Shown piece after piece: positions 8,701 through 16,922 of a stretch of DNA of 21,786 nt. Origin of the DNA: a bacterium (GTDB lineage Bacteria; Sysuimicrobiota; Sysuimicrobiia; Sysuimicrobiales; Kaftiobacteriaceae); assembly GCA_044868695.1 (NCBI GenBank), contig JBIOWP010000110.1, positions 1-21,786 of the forward strand. The letters are read 5' to 3'. Under the pieces are notes generated by a model. That model was given only the letters and a program-made list of their open reading frames with translations. It was not told where the DNA came from and ran no database searches. The translations under genes and the position numbers were made by a program. Positions within the stretch are counted from its first letter, which is position 1; every line of letters starts with the position of its first letter.

Positions 8701-9597
8701 ATGACCGCTATCGACGGCAGGACCACCCTGGTCGGCATCATCGGCGATCCTGTGGCCCACTCGCTGTCGCCGCGGATGCACAACGCCGCGTTCGAGGCGC
8801 TGCAGATGAGCTGGGTATACGCGGCGTTCCGGGTGAGCGCGGGCGCGCTGCCGCAGGCGCTGCGGGGGGTCGCAGCGCTGGGGCTGGCGGGAGTGAATGT
8901 GACGATTCCGCACAAAGAGGCGGCCGCCGGCCTCGTGGATGATCTCGATCCCGCTGCGCGCCAGATCGGAGCGGTGAACACGGTGCAGGTGACCGGCGGC
9001 CGGCTGCGCGGGTTCAACACCGACGGGGCCGGCGTGCTGGACGCGCTTGCCGCCGACGGGGGAGTGCGGCCGTCAGGACGGGCATGCGTGATCCTCGGCG
9101 CGGGCGGCGGCGGTCGCGCGGCGGCGGTGGCCCTGGCATCCGCGGGCGCTGCACGCGTCACTGTCCTTAACCGCACGGAGCCCAAGGCCGTTGAACTGGC
9201 GAAGACGGTCGGCCGTGCGGCGCCGGCCTGCCGCGTGAGCGCAGGCCCGTTGACGGTGGACGCCGTCGAGCACGCCCTCGAGGGTGCCGACGTGGTCGTC
9301 CATGCCACAGCGGCGACGATGTCGGCGGCGATGGGCGGGGGAGGCGGCCGTGCCGAGTGGCTGGCGGCTCTGTCGGCCAGGCTGCGGCCCGGCGTGGCCG
9401 TCCTGGACATGGTCTACACTCCCGTGTGGACCGAGCTCCTGGAGGGCGCGAAGGCGGCCGGCGCCCGGGCGGTGAGCGGGCTGTCGATGCTGCTGTTTCA
9501 AGGCGCCCGCAGCTTCGAGCTGTGGACGGGACGGCCGGCGCCGGTGGACGTCATGCGGCGGGCACTGGGGCTAGACGAACTACCGTTGAAACGTTGA
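8701..9597 (+). CDS. aroE: Shikimate dehydrogenase
   Basis: IGDPVAHSLSPRMHN, GVNVTIPHKE, IGAVNT, GFNTDG, LGAGGGGRA, DMVYTP and GLSMLLFQGARSFELWTG. Confidence 0.95.
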   Translation: MTAIDGRTTLVGIIGDPVAHSLSPRMHNAAFEALQMSWVYAAFRVSAGALPQALRGVAALGLAGVNVTIPHKEAAAGLVDDLDPAARQIGAVNTVQVTGGRLRGFNTDGAGVLDALAADGGVRPSGRACVILGAGGGGRAAAVALASAGAARVTVLNRTEPKAVELAKTVGRAAPACRVSAGPLTVDAVEHALEGADVVVHATAATMSAAMGGGGGRAEWLAALSARLRPGVAVLDMVYTPVWTELLEGAKAAGARAVSGLSMLLFQGARSFELWTGRPAPVDVMRRALGLDELPLKR

Positions 9598-9687
9598 AGA
9601 GCCGAACTGCTGTTGGAACGTTGGAGCGAAACATGCCGAGGCCACATCGAGGGCACAACGTCTCAACGTTCCAACATTTCAACGTTC
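9584..9687. repeat. Octamer (CGTTG(A/G)AA-type) tandem/inverted repeat element
   Basis: Left units CGTTGAAA CGTTGAAG (9584-9599) and TGTTGGAA CGTTGGAG (9611-9626). Right, inverted units CAACGTCT CAACGTTC CAACATTT CAACGTTC (9656-9687). Confidence 0.85.
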
Positions 9688-9706
9688 GAGCGGGGTGTGC
9701 GGCCGA

Positions 9707-10828
9707 ATGTTGAGGTTTCTCACCGCCGGCGAGTCTCACGGCAAAGCGCTGACCGCCGTCATCGAGGGCCTGCCGGCAGGGCTCGCCCTGAGCGAAGAAG
9801 ATATCACCCCGCAGATGGCCCGCCGCCAGCGCGGCTACGGGCGCAGCGCCCGCATGAAGCTCGAGACCGACCACGTTGAAATCGTGTCAGGGGTGATGGG
9901 CGGGCAGACGATCGGCGGCCCGGTGGCGCTGCGTATTGACAACCGCGACGCGCGGACCGAGGAACCCCCGCTGACGCGGCCGCGGCCGGGGCACGCCGAT
10001 CTGGCGGGCTCGATGAAATACGGCTTTGACGATGCCCGCCGGGCGCTGGAGCGGGCGAGCGCCCGCGAGACTGCGGCGCGGGTGGCCGTCGGCGCCGTGT
10101 GCCGCAAGCTGCTCGGCGAGTTCGGCATCCAGGTGTTCAGCCACGTGGTGGAAGTCGGCGGCGTGGCCATCCGCACCCGGCCCTCGCGATGGGAGGAGAT
10201 CCCGCAGACCGCGGAAGCCTCGGAACTGCGCTGCGTGGATGCCGCCTCCGAGGGGGAGATGCGGAGCGCGATCGAGGACGCGAGGAAACGCGGCGACACG
10301 CTCGGCGGCGTGTTCGAAGTCGTCGCGCTCGGCGTCCCTCCAGGCCTCGGCTCCTACGTTCACTGGGACCGCAAGCTGGACGGCCGGCTCGCTCAGGCCG
10401 TGATGTCTATCCACGCGGTGAAGGGCGCCGAGGTCGGCCAGGCGTTTGAGATCGCGCGCACGCCGGGCTCGCAGGCCCACGATGAGATCTTCTGGGAGCG
10501 CGACCGCGGATTCTACCGGGAGACCAACCGCGCCGGAGGATCGGAAGGGGGGGTCACGACCGGCGCGCCGCTTGTCGTCCGCGGCGCGATGAAGCCCCTC
10601 TCCACCCTGATGTCACCCCTGCGCTCCGTGGACATGCAGACCAAGCAGCCCAGCGCCGGCGCGGTCGTCCGCAGCGATGTCTGCGCGGTGCCCGCGGCCG
10701 GCGTGGTCGCGGAGGCGATGGTGGCGTACGTCCTCGCGGACGCGCTGCTGGAGAAATTTGGCGCCGACACCATCCGCGACATCCGAGTGGCCTACGATGC
10801 GTACCTCAAACGGATCAAGGAGATGTGA
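9707..10828 (+). CDS. aroC: Chorismate synthase
   Basis: MLRFLTAGESHG, RRQRGYGR, PRPGHADL, ERASARETAARVA, GDTLGG, TNRAGG.EGG.T.G, MKPLSTL and RSDVCAVP. Confidence 0.97.
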   Translation: MLRFLTAGESHGKALTAVIEGLPAGLALSEEDITPQMARRQRGYGRSARMKLETDHVEIVSGVMGGQTIGGPVALRIDNRDARTEEPPLTRPRPGHADLAGSMKYGFDDARRALERASARETAARVAVGAVCRKLLGEFGIQVFSHVVEVGGVAIRTRPSRWEEIPQTAEASELRCVDAASEGEMRSAIEDARKRGDTLGGVFEVVALGVPPGLGSYVHWDRKLDGRLAQAVMSIHAVKGAEVGQAFEIARTPGSQAHDEIFWERDRGFYRETNRAGGSEGGVTTGAPLVVRGAMKPLSTLMSPLRSVDMQTKQPSAGAVVRSDVCAVPAAGVVAEAMVAYVLADALLEKFGADTIRDIRVAYDAYLKRIKEM

Positions 10829-10850
10829 ATAGACACCATCTACTTCCGAA

Positions 10851-12476
10851 ATGCGGAACGTAGTGCTGATTGGGTTTATGGGCACGGGCAAAAGCGAAGT
10901 CGGGCAACTGCTGGCCCGGCGGCTGGGCTGGACCTGCGTCGACACCGACCGCCGGGTGGAGGCCCGGGAACGGGCGACGGTGGCGCAGATCTTTGCCCGG
11001 CGGGGTGAGGAGTATTTCCGCGACGCCGAGGCCAGAGTGGTCGCGGAGGTCGCGGGCCGCACCGACACGGTCGTCGCGACCGGCGGGGGCGTCGTGCTGC
11101 GGCCGGAGAACATGACCCGCCTCCGGCGGCAGGGGTGGGTCGTGTCGCTGACCGCGCCCGTCGACGTGCTGGTCAAGCGGCTGGGTGATGCGAAGGCGAG
11201 GCCGCTGCTGCGCGGGGACCTGCGGGAGAATCTCGTCCGGATCCTCGACCAGCGCCGGTCCCTCTACCGCGACGCCGATCTCCTGGTCGACGTCTCCGAC
11301 GCCGCGCCGCAGGGAGTGGTCGAGGCCATCATGGCATTTCTCCGCTCGCGCGAACGCACCACGATTACCGTCAGGCTGGGCGACCGCGCGTATCCGATTC
11401 ACGTCGGCGACGGCATCCTTCCCCTGCTCCCCGCTGACCTGCGCGAGTTGGGCGCGGGCCGCGGCGTCGCCGTGCTGTCCCACCGCGCGCTGCTGCGCGA
11501 GCGGTCGTCGCGAATACGCGGCGGCGCCAGGCTCCTGGCCGCGTTGAAGGGAGACGGGTTCGACGTGGTGCCGCTGGAGGTGCCCGCCGGCGAGTCGAGC
11601 AAGAGCCTGCCGGCGGCATCCCGGTTGTACACGCGGCTGGCCCGCGCGCGCATCGACCGGTATGGGACGCTGATCGCGCTGGGCGGCGGGGTGATCGGCG
11701 ACCTCGGCGGATTTGTGGCGGCCACCTATATGCGGGGGATCCGGTTGGTGCAGGTGCCGACGACCCTGCTCGCCATGGTCGACAGCAGCATCGGCGGCAA
11801 GACCGCCGTCAACCATGCCCGGGCGAAAAATCTGATCGGTGCCTTCTACCAGCCTGCGCTCACGGTCGCCGACGTACGGATGCTGACGACCCTCCCGGAT
11901 CGGGAACTGCGCAGCGGGCTGGCGGAGGTAATCAAGACCGCGGTGATCGGCGATGCCTCGCTCTTCGAGTATCTGGAGCAGCAACTGCCCGCCGTGCTCC
12001 GCCGGGACACCGGCGTGCTGGTCGAGGTGATTTCGCGCTGCGCGGCCTTCAAGGCGCGGGTGGTGGAGGCCGATGAACGGGAGCAGTCGGAGCGCCGCAT
12101 TCTCAACTACGGCCATACCATCGGCCATGCGATCGAGGCAGCGGCCGGTTTCCGCCGGCTGACGCATGGGGAAGCGATCGCGATCGGCATGGCCCTGGAG
12201 GGACGTCTGGCGCAGCGGCTTGGGCTGGCGGAGGCGGCCATCGTCGAGCGCCAGAACGCGCTGCTGGCCCGTGCGGGTCTGCCGACGAAGCTCGGCGCGG
12301 TGAACCGGCGCGCGGTGTGGCGGGCGATGACGCTGGACAAGAAGATCCGCGACGGCGTGCTGCGGTGCCCCCTGCCGGTAGGCATCGGCGAGGTGGTGCG
12401 AGAACAGGAAGTCCCGGAACCCTTGCTGGCGGAGGTGCTGGTCGGTGTCCAAAGTTCTCGTCGTCTACGGGCCTAA
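10851..12476 (+). CDS. aroKB: Bifunctional shikimate kinase / 3-dehydroquinate synthase (AroK-AroB fusion)
   Basis: The N-terminal ~165 aa have LIGFMGTGKS (P-loop), GEEYFR, ATGGG and RPLL. The remainder has GESSKS, LGGGVIGDLGGFVAATYMRG, VPTTLLAMVDSSIGGKT, LNYGHTIGHAIE and HGEAIAIGM. No stop between domains. Confidence 0.95.
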   Translation: MRNVVLIGFMGTGKSEVGQLLARRLGWTCVDTDRRVEARERATVAQIFARRGEEYFRDAEARVVAEVAGRTDTVVATGGGVVLRPENMTRLRRQGWVVSLTAPVDVLVKRLGDAKARPLLRGDLRENLVRILDQRRSLYRDADLLVDVSDAAPQGVVEAIMAFLRSRERTTITVRLGDRAYPIHVGDGILPLLPADLRELGAGRGVAVLSHRALLRERSSRIRGGARLLAALKGDGFDVVPLEVPAGESSKSLPAASRLYTRLARARIDRYGTLIALGGGVIGDLGGFVAATYMRGIRLVQVPTTLLAMVDSSIGGKTAVNHARAKNLIGAFYQPALTVADVRMLTTLPDRELRSGLAEVIKTAVIGDASLFEYLEQQLPAVLRRDTGVLVEVISRCAAFKARVVEADEREQSERRILNYGHTIGHAIEAAAGFRRLTHGEAIAIGMALEGRLAQRLGLAEAAIVERQNALLARAGLPTKLGAVNRRAVWRAMTLDKKIRDGVLRCPLPVGIGEVVREQEVPEPLLAEVLVGVQSSRRLRA

Positions 12477-12906
12477 CCTCAACCTACTCGGTGAGCGTGA
12501 GCCGCACATCTACGGCCGCGACACGATGCAGGATATCAGCGCGAAGCTGACCGACCTGGCCGCCCGGGAAGGCGCCGACGTGGAGTTCTTTCAGTCCAAC
12601 AGCGACGGCGCCATCATCGACCGCCTGCAGGCGGCCCGCAAGACCTGCGACGCCGTCGTGATCAACGCGGGGGCGCTGTCCCACTACAGTTACGCCCTGC
12701 GCGACGCCATCGCCGCGATCCAGATCCCCGTCATCGAAGTGCACATGACCAACGTCGTCGCGCGAGGCGAGTTCCGATCGACCCTCGTCCTGGCGCCGGC
12801 CTGCCGGGGCGTGATCTACGGATTCGGGGTGAACAGTTTTCTGCTTGGGCTGCGCGCCGCACTGGACCTGGCGCGCGACCGCGCGGCGGCGCGACCGCGG
12901 GAGTAA
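12445..12906 (+). CDS. aroQ: Type II 3-dehydroquinate dehydratase
   Basis: GPNLNLLGEREPHIYG, FFQSN, INAGALSHYSYALRDAI and IEVHMTN. SD GGAGGT at 12431-12436, GTG start; overlaps the aroKB 3' end by 32 nt. Confidence 0.95.
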   Translation: MSKVLVVYGPNLNLLGEREPHIYGRDTMQDISAKLTDLAAREGADVEFFQSNSDGAIIDRLQAARKTCDAVVINAGALSHYSYALRDAIAAIQIPVIEVHMTNVVARGEFRSTLVLAPACRGVIYGFGVNSFLLGLRAALDLARDRAAARPRE

Positions 12907-12909
12907 CGG

Positions 12910-13278
12910 GTGCACATCCGAGGCGTCCGGGGAGCCATCACCGTGGAGGACGACTCCGAACGGTCGATCCTGGAGGCGACCCGCGAACTGCTGCAGCAGA
13001 TGGCGCAGTCCAACAACGTCGAGACGGACGAGATTGCCGCGATCCTGTTCACTTCGACCCCGGACCTCACCGCCGCGTTTCCTGCCGAGGCCGCGCGGCA
13101 GTTGCAGTGGACGACCGTACCGCTGATGTCTGCCACCGAGGTCGCCGTCCCCGGGGCCCTGCCGATGTGCATCCGGGTGCTGATGCTGTGGAACACGCCC
13201 CGGGCGCAGGAAGAGATCGAGCACATTTACCTGCGGCGGGCATCCGCGCTGCGGCCCGATCTCCGGTCCCGCCGATGA
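12910..13278 (+). CDS. aroH: Chorismate mutase, AroH class
   Basis: IRGVRGAITV, FTSTPDLTAAFPAEAAR, VPLM...E..VPGAL..CIRVL and HIYL..A..LRPD. Confidence 0.94.
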   Translation: MHIRGVRGAITVEDDSERSILEATRELLQQMAQSNNVETDEIAAILFTSTPDLTAAFPAEAARQLQWTTVPLMSATEVAVPGALPMCIRVLMLWNTPRAQEEIEHIYLRRASALRPDLRSRR

Positions 13279-13282
13279 ATGT

Positions 13283-13363
13283 CGGATTGCGGATTGTCGA
13301 TTTCGGATTGCACCAGATCAAGATGGGAATCAATTCGCAATCGCCAATCCGCAATCCGCAATT
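13283..13363. repeat. CGGATTG-type heptamer tandem/inverted repeat element
   Basis: CGGATTG CGGATTG TCGATTT CGGATTG (13283-13310), a 20-nt spacer, then CAATTCG CAATCGC CAATCCG CAATCCG CAATT (13331-13363). Confidence 0.9.
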
Positions 13364-13372
13364 GTTATTCTG

Positions 13373-14653
13373 ATGGACCTGACCGTGGCGCCCGCCGGCC
13401 GGCTGGCCGGGCGGCTGCGCGTCGGCGGAGACAAATCTATCTCGCACCGGGCGGCGCTTGTTGGCGCGCTCGCGCAGGGCGACACCGTCGTCACCAACTT
13501 TCTCCGCGCCGGCGACTGCCTGTCCACGCTGGGCTGCCTACGCGCGCTCGGGGTTTCCATTGAAGAAGACGGGCCCCGGGTCCTCGTACACGGCGCCGGG
13601 CTGCGCTGGCGCGCGCCCGCGGGGCCGCTGGACGCCGGCAACTCAGGCACGACGATGCGGCTGCTGGCGGGGATCCTCTCGGGTCAATCTTTCACCGCGG
13701 AGCTGACCGGGGATGCATCGCTGCGCGCGCGCCCCATGGACCGGATCGTCGAGCCGCTGTCGCAGATGGGAGCCCGCATCGTGGCGCTTGGCGGGGGAGG
13801 CCGCCACCCGCCGCTGCGCATCACCGGAGGGCCGCTGCGCGGCATCTCCTACACGCTGCCGGTCCCCAGCGCACAGGTGAAGTCGGCGGTGCTGCTGGCC
13901 GGGCTGTTCGCGGACGGCGAGACCACCGTCATCGAGCCCGTCCCGTCTCGCGATCACACCGAGCGCATGTTGGAATGGTTCGGGGGACGCGTGACGCGCC
14001 GGGCCGGCGGGATCTCCGTCACCGCCGGGGAGCTGCGCGGCCGCGACGTGAGCGTGCCCGGCGACATCTCGTCGGGGGCGTTTCTGCTGGCGGCGGCTGC
14101 GGCGCAGCCGGGGTCGGATGTCGTCGTCGACGATGTCGGCCTCAACCCCACGCGGACCGGCGTGCTGGATGTGCTGCGCGCCATGGGAGCGGAGGTCCTG
14201 GTCCGAAACTCGACGGCGCGCGGGGGCGAACCGGTGGGGACCGTCCAGGTGCGCGGGCGGACGCTGCACGGGGTGGCCATCGCTGGCGAGACGATCCCCC
14301 GCGTGATCGACGAACTCCCCGTGCTGTGCATCGTTGCGGCGGCCGCGCGCGGGGAGACGACCATCGCCGATGCCGCGGAGCTCCGCGTCAAAGAGTCGGA
14401 TAGAATTGGGACGATGGCGGCGGGGCTCCGCGCCCTGGGAATCACGGTGCACGAGCACCCCGACGGCCTGACGATCAACGGGGGACGCCTCCGGGGCGGC
14501 CACGTGCGCAGCGAGGGGGATCACCGCGTGGCGATGGCGTTTGCGGTCGCGGGACTGCTGGCCGACGCGCCGGTGACCGTCGACGGGGCGGAGGCGATCG
14601 CGGTCTCCTTTCCAGAGTTTGTGGATGCCGTGCGGGCGGTGACCGCCCCATGA
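13373..14653 (+). CDS. aroA: 3-phosphoshikimate 1-carboxyvinyltransferase (EPSP synthase, class II-like)
   Basis: GDKSISHRA, DAGNSGTTMRLL, GDASLRARPM, SAQVKSAVLLAGL, RDHTERML, PGDISS, LNPTRTG, IDELP, ELRVKESDRI and DHRVAMA. Confidence 0.97.
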   Translation: MDLTVAPAGRLAGRLRVGGDKSISHRAALVGALAQGDTVVTNFLRAGDCLSTLGCLRALGVSIEEDGPRVLVHGAGLRWRAPAGPLDAGNSGTTMRLLAGILSGQSFTAELTGDASLRARPMDRIVEPLSQMGARIVALGGGGRHPPLRITGGPLRGISYTLPVPSAQVKSAVLLAGLFADGETTVIEPVPSRDHTERMLEWFGGRVTRRAGGISVTAGELRGRDVSVPGDISSGAFLLAAAAAQPGSDVVVDDVGLNPTRTGVLDVLRAMGAEVLVRNSTARGGEPVGTVQVRGRTLHGVAIAGETIPRVIDELPVLCIVAAAARGETTIADAAELRVKESDRIGTMAAGLRALGITVHEHPDGLTINGGRLRGGHVRSEGDHRVAMAFAVAGLLADAPVTVDGAEAIAVSFPEFVDAVRAVTAP

Positions 14654-15603
14654 CCGCGCTGTCCACGGTCGCAGACGTCGCCGTGCGGATCCGCGCCAAC
14701 ATCGAGCGCGTGCTCGTGGGCAAGAGCCAGGTGATCGACCTGGCCCTGGTCGCGTTGTTGTGCGAGGGGCACCTGCTGGTCGAAGATGTCCCCGGCATCG
14801 GGAAGACGATGCTGGCGAAGACCCTCGCCAAGTCGCTGGGCTGCGCGTTCCGCCGCCTGCAGTGCACCCCGGACCTGCTGCCGGCGGACGTCACCGGACT
14901 GCACTATTTCAATCAGAAGACACAGGAGTTCGAGTTCCGGCCGGGACCGGTGTTTACGAATGTCCTGCTGGCGGACGAGATCAACCGGGCCACGCCGCGC
15001 ACCCAGGCCGCGCTGCTCGAATGTATGGAAGAACGGCAGGTGACGCTGGAAACCGGGACGGTGCCGCTGGCGCGGCCGTTCATGGTGATCGCGACCCAAA
15101 ACCCTATCGAACTACAGGGGACGTTCCCGCTGCCGGAGGCCCAACTCGATCGGTTTCTCATGCAGCTGCCCGTGGGCTACCCCACGGCGAACGACGAAGT
15201 GGAAATCCTGCGGCGCTTTCGCTCAACCAATCCACTGGACGACCTGGAGGCGGTCACGTCAGCCGACGAACTGCTGGCGATGCAGCGCGCGGTGCGCGAC
15301 GTCCACGTCAGCCCCGCCGTGGAAGAGTACATCGTCAGCATCGTCCGGGCGACCCGGTCGCACCCGGAGATTGAGCTCGGCGCGAGTCCGCGCGGGAGCC
15401 TCGGCCTGCACCGCACCGCGCAGGCGCTGGCGGCGGTTCGCGGCCGAGCGTACGTGCTGCCCGATGACGTCAAGATGCTGGTTCCTTCCCTGCTCCCCCA
15501 CCGGCTCATCACGACCTCCCAGGCGCGCCTCCGCGAGCGCGGAGCCCGCGAGATTGCCTCGGAAATTCTGAAGAGCGTGCCGGCGCCGGTGGAAGCCGAA
15601 TGA
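14650..15603 (+). CDS. moxR: MoxR family AAA+ ATPase
   Basis: GHLLVEDVPGIGKT (Walker A), QCTPDLLPADVTG, LLADEINRATPRTQAALLE, ATQNPIE..GTFPLPEAQLDRF and GASPRG. ATGA overlap with the aroA stop. Confidence 0.93.
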   Translation: MTALSTVADVAVRIRANIERVLVGKSQVIDLALVALLCEGHLLVEDVPGIGKTMLAKTLAKSLGCAFRRLQCTPDLLPADVTGLHYFNQKTQEFEFRPGPVFTNVLLADEINRATPRTQAALLECMEERQVTLETGTVPLARPFMVIATQNPIELQGTFPLPEAQLDRFLMQLPVGYPTANDEVEILRRFRSTNPLDDLEAVTSADELLAMQRAVRDVHVSPAVEEYIVSIVRATRSHPEIELGASPRGSLGLHRTAQALAAVRGRAYVLPDDVKMLVPSLLPHRLITTSQARLRERGAREIASEILKSVPAPVEAE

Positions 15604-15604
15604 C

Positions 15605-15692
15605 GGGACCAGGGACCCGGGACCAGGGACCGGAAAATGCGCCGGCGTCCTTGCTGGTCCCCGGTCCCCGGTCCCCGGTCCCGTAGTTTCGT
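15605..15692. repeat. GGGACCA-type heptamer tandem/inverted repeat element (complete)
   Basis: GGGACCA GGGACCC GGGACCA GGGACCG (15605-15632), a 22-nt spacer, TGGTCCC CGGTCCC CGGTCCC CGGTCCC (15655-15682), then GTAGTTTCGT directly before the next ATG. Confidence 0.92.
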
Positions 15693-16922
15693 ATGTACAC
15701 GCAGGGCTGGCTCTTCCTCGCGTGGTTCCTCATCGCCGTCGGCGTGGTGACGCGCCATGCCTTTGCATTCCTCCTCGGGATGGTCGTCATGCTCAGCGCC
15801 GCGGCGTCCTACCTGTGGGACCGATACTGTCTGTCCAGGGTCGAGTACCGCCGCGCGTTCTCGCCGAGGCGGGCGTTCTACGGAGAGACGGTGACCTTCA
15901 CGATGGAGGTCACCAACCGCAAACCCCTCCCTCTGGCGTGGCTCGAAGTCGTCGATGAGCTGCCGCAGGAGCTGATGCCGCTGCGCGGCCGGGTGATTCC
16001 TGCGCTGCGCCAGCGCCGGCATCATCTCGTCAACCTGTTCAGCCTGCGCTGGTTCGAGCGGGTGCGGCGGCATACGGCGGTGCGGTGTGACGCCCGCGGC
16101 TACTTTGCCCTAGGTCCGGCGCGGCTGCGGTCCGGCGACATCTTCGGGTTCACCGTGCGGGGCCGCGACGTCGACCGGGTGGATCACCTGCTCGTGTATC
16201 CGAAAGTTGTGCCGCTGGCCGCGCTGGGGTTGCCCGCGCTGCATCCGATGGGCGACCTCCAGCGCCGCCATCCCCTGGATGATCCGACGCGGGTGATCGG
16301 TGTGCGCGAGTATGCGCCGGGGGATCCGCTGCGGGCCATTCACTGGAAGGCGACCGCGCGCACCCAGGGGCTGCGCTCCAAACAATACGAGACCTCCGCC
16401 AGCCACCGGGTGGCGATCTTCCTGAACCTGGACACGCTGGGACGGTATGCGGAGTATCGTGGATTTGTCCGGCCGCTGCTGGAGTTAAACATCATGACCG
16501 CCGCCTCGATTGCGAACTGGGCGGTCGAGGGCGGCCACCACGTGGGGCTCTACGCCAACGGCTACCTGCCGCAGGGGCTGCGCTGGGTGCGTGTCCTGCC
16601 CGCCGCTGGGGCCGGGCAGCTCGCCTCGATGCTGGAGGCACTCGCCAAGATCTTCCCGACCCCTGTCATGCCTGTTGGTGATCTGATGCAGCTCGAAGCC
16701 ACCGCGCTGCCGTGGGGGACGACCGCGATCGTGGTCACCGCGGTGACAGACGAACCCCTGGAGATCGGCCTGTCCCGCCTGCGGGAGGCCGGACACGGGA
16801 CCGTGGCCGTGCTTATCGGCGACGACCCCGCGACCCCCTCTACCGCGACCGCGACCTATCGAGTGAGCGAGGTGCGGGGATGGCAGGCGCTCGACAGCCT
16901 GACCGCGGAGGCGATCGGGTGA
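15693..16922 (+). CDS. DUF58 domain protein (MoxR-associated, N-terminal TM segments)
   Basis: NRKPLPLAWLEVVD, RGYFALGP....GDIFG, LLVYP and GVREYAPGDPLRAIHWKATAR; typical position directly after moxR. Confidence 0.88.
   Translation: MYTQGWLFLAWFLIAVGVVTRHAFAFLLGMVVMLSAAASYLWDRYCLSRVEYRRAFSPRRAFYGETVTFTMEVTNRKPLPLAWLEVVDELPQELMPLRGRVIPALRQRRHHLVNLFSLRWFERVRRHTAVRCDARGYFALGPARLRSGDIFGFTVRGRDVDRVDHLLVYPKVVPLAALGLPALHPMGDLQRRHPLDDPTRVIGVREYAPGDPLRAIHWKATARTQGLRSKQYETSASHRVAIFLNLDTLGRYAEYRGFVRPLLELNIMTAASIANWAVEGGHHVGLYANGYLPQGLRWVRVLPAAGAGQLASMLEALAKIFPTPVMPVGDLMQLEATALPWGTTAIVVTAVTDEPLEIGLSRLREAGHGTVAVLIGDDPATPSTATATYRVSEVRGWQALDSLTAEAIG

Noticed and set aside
9613..9879. Short ORFs crossing the repeat elements (9613-9879, 13107-13373, 13279-13563)
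   Set aside because: Their low-complexity peptides (e.g. IRNPQ/SAIRN, STFQHFNV) are translations of the DNA repeats, with no SD or coding evidence.
13283..13363. Repeat elements as CRISPR arrays or intrinsic terminators
   Set aside because: Units are 7-8 nt with no repeat-spacer periodicity and no cas genes; there are no U-tracts and the elements sit inside apparent operons.
13363..13371. TGTTATTCT, an extended -10-like motif before aroA
   Set aside because: Only 1 nt from the ATG, too close to produce a transcript that includes the start codon.
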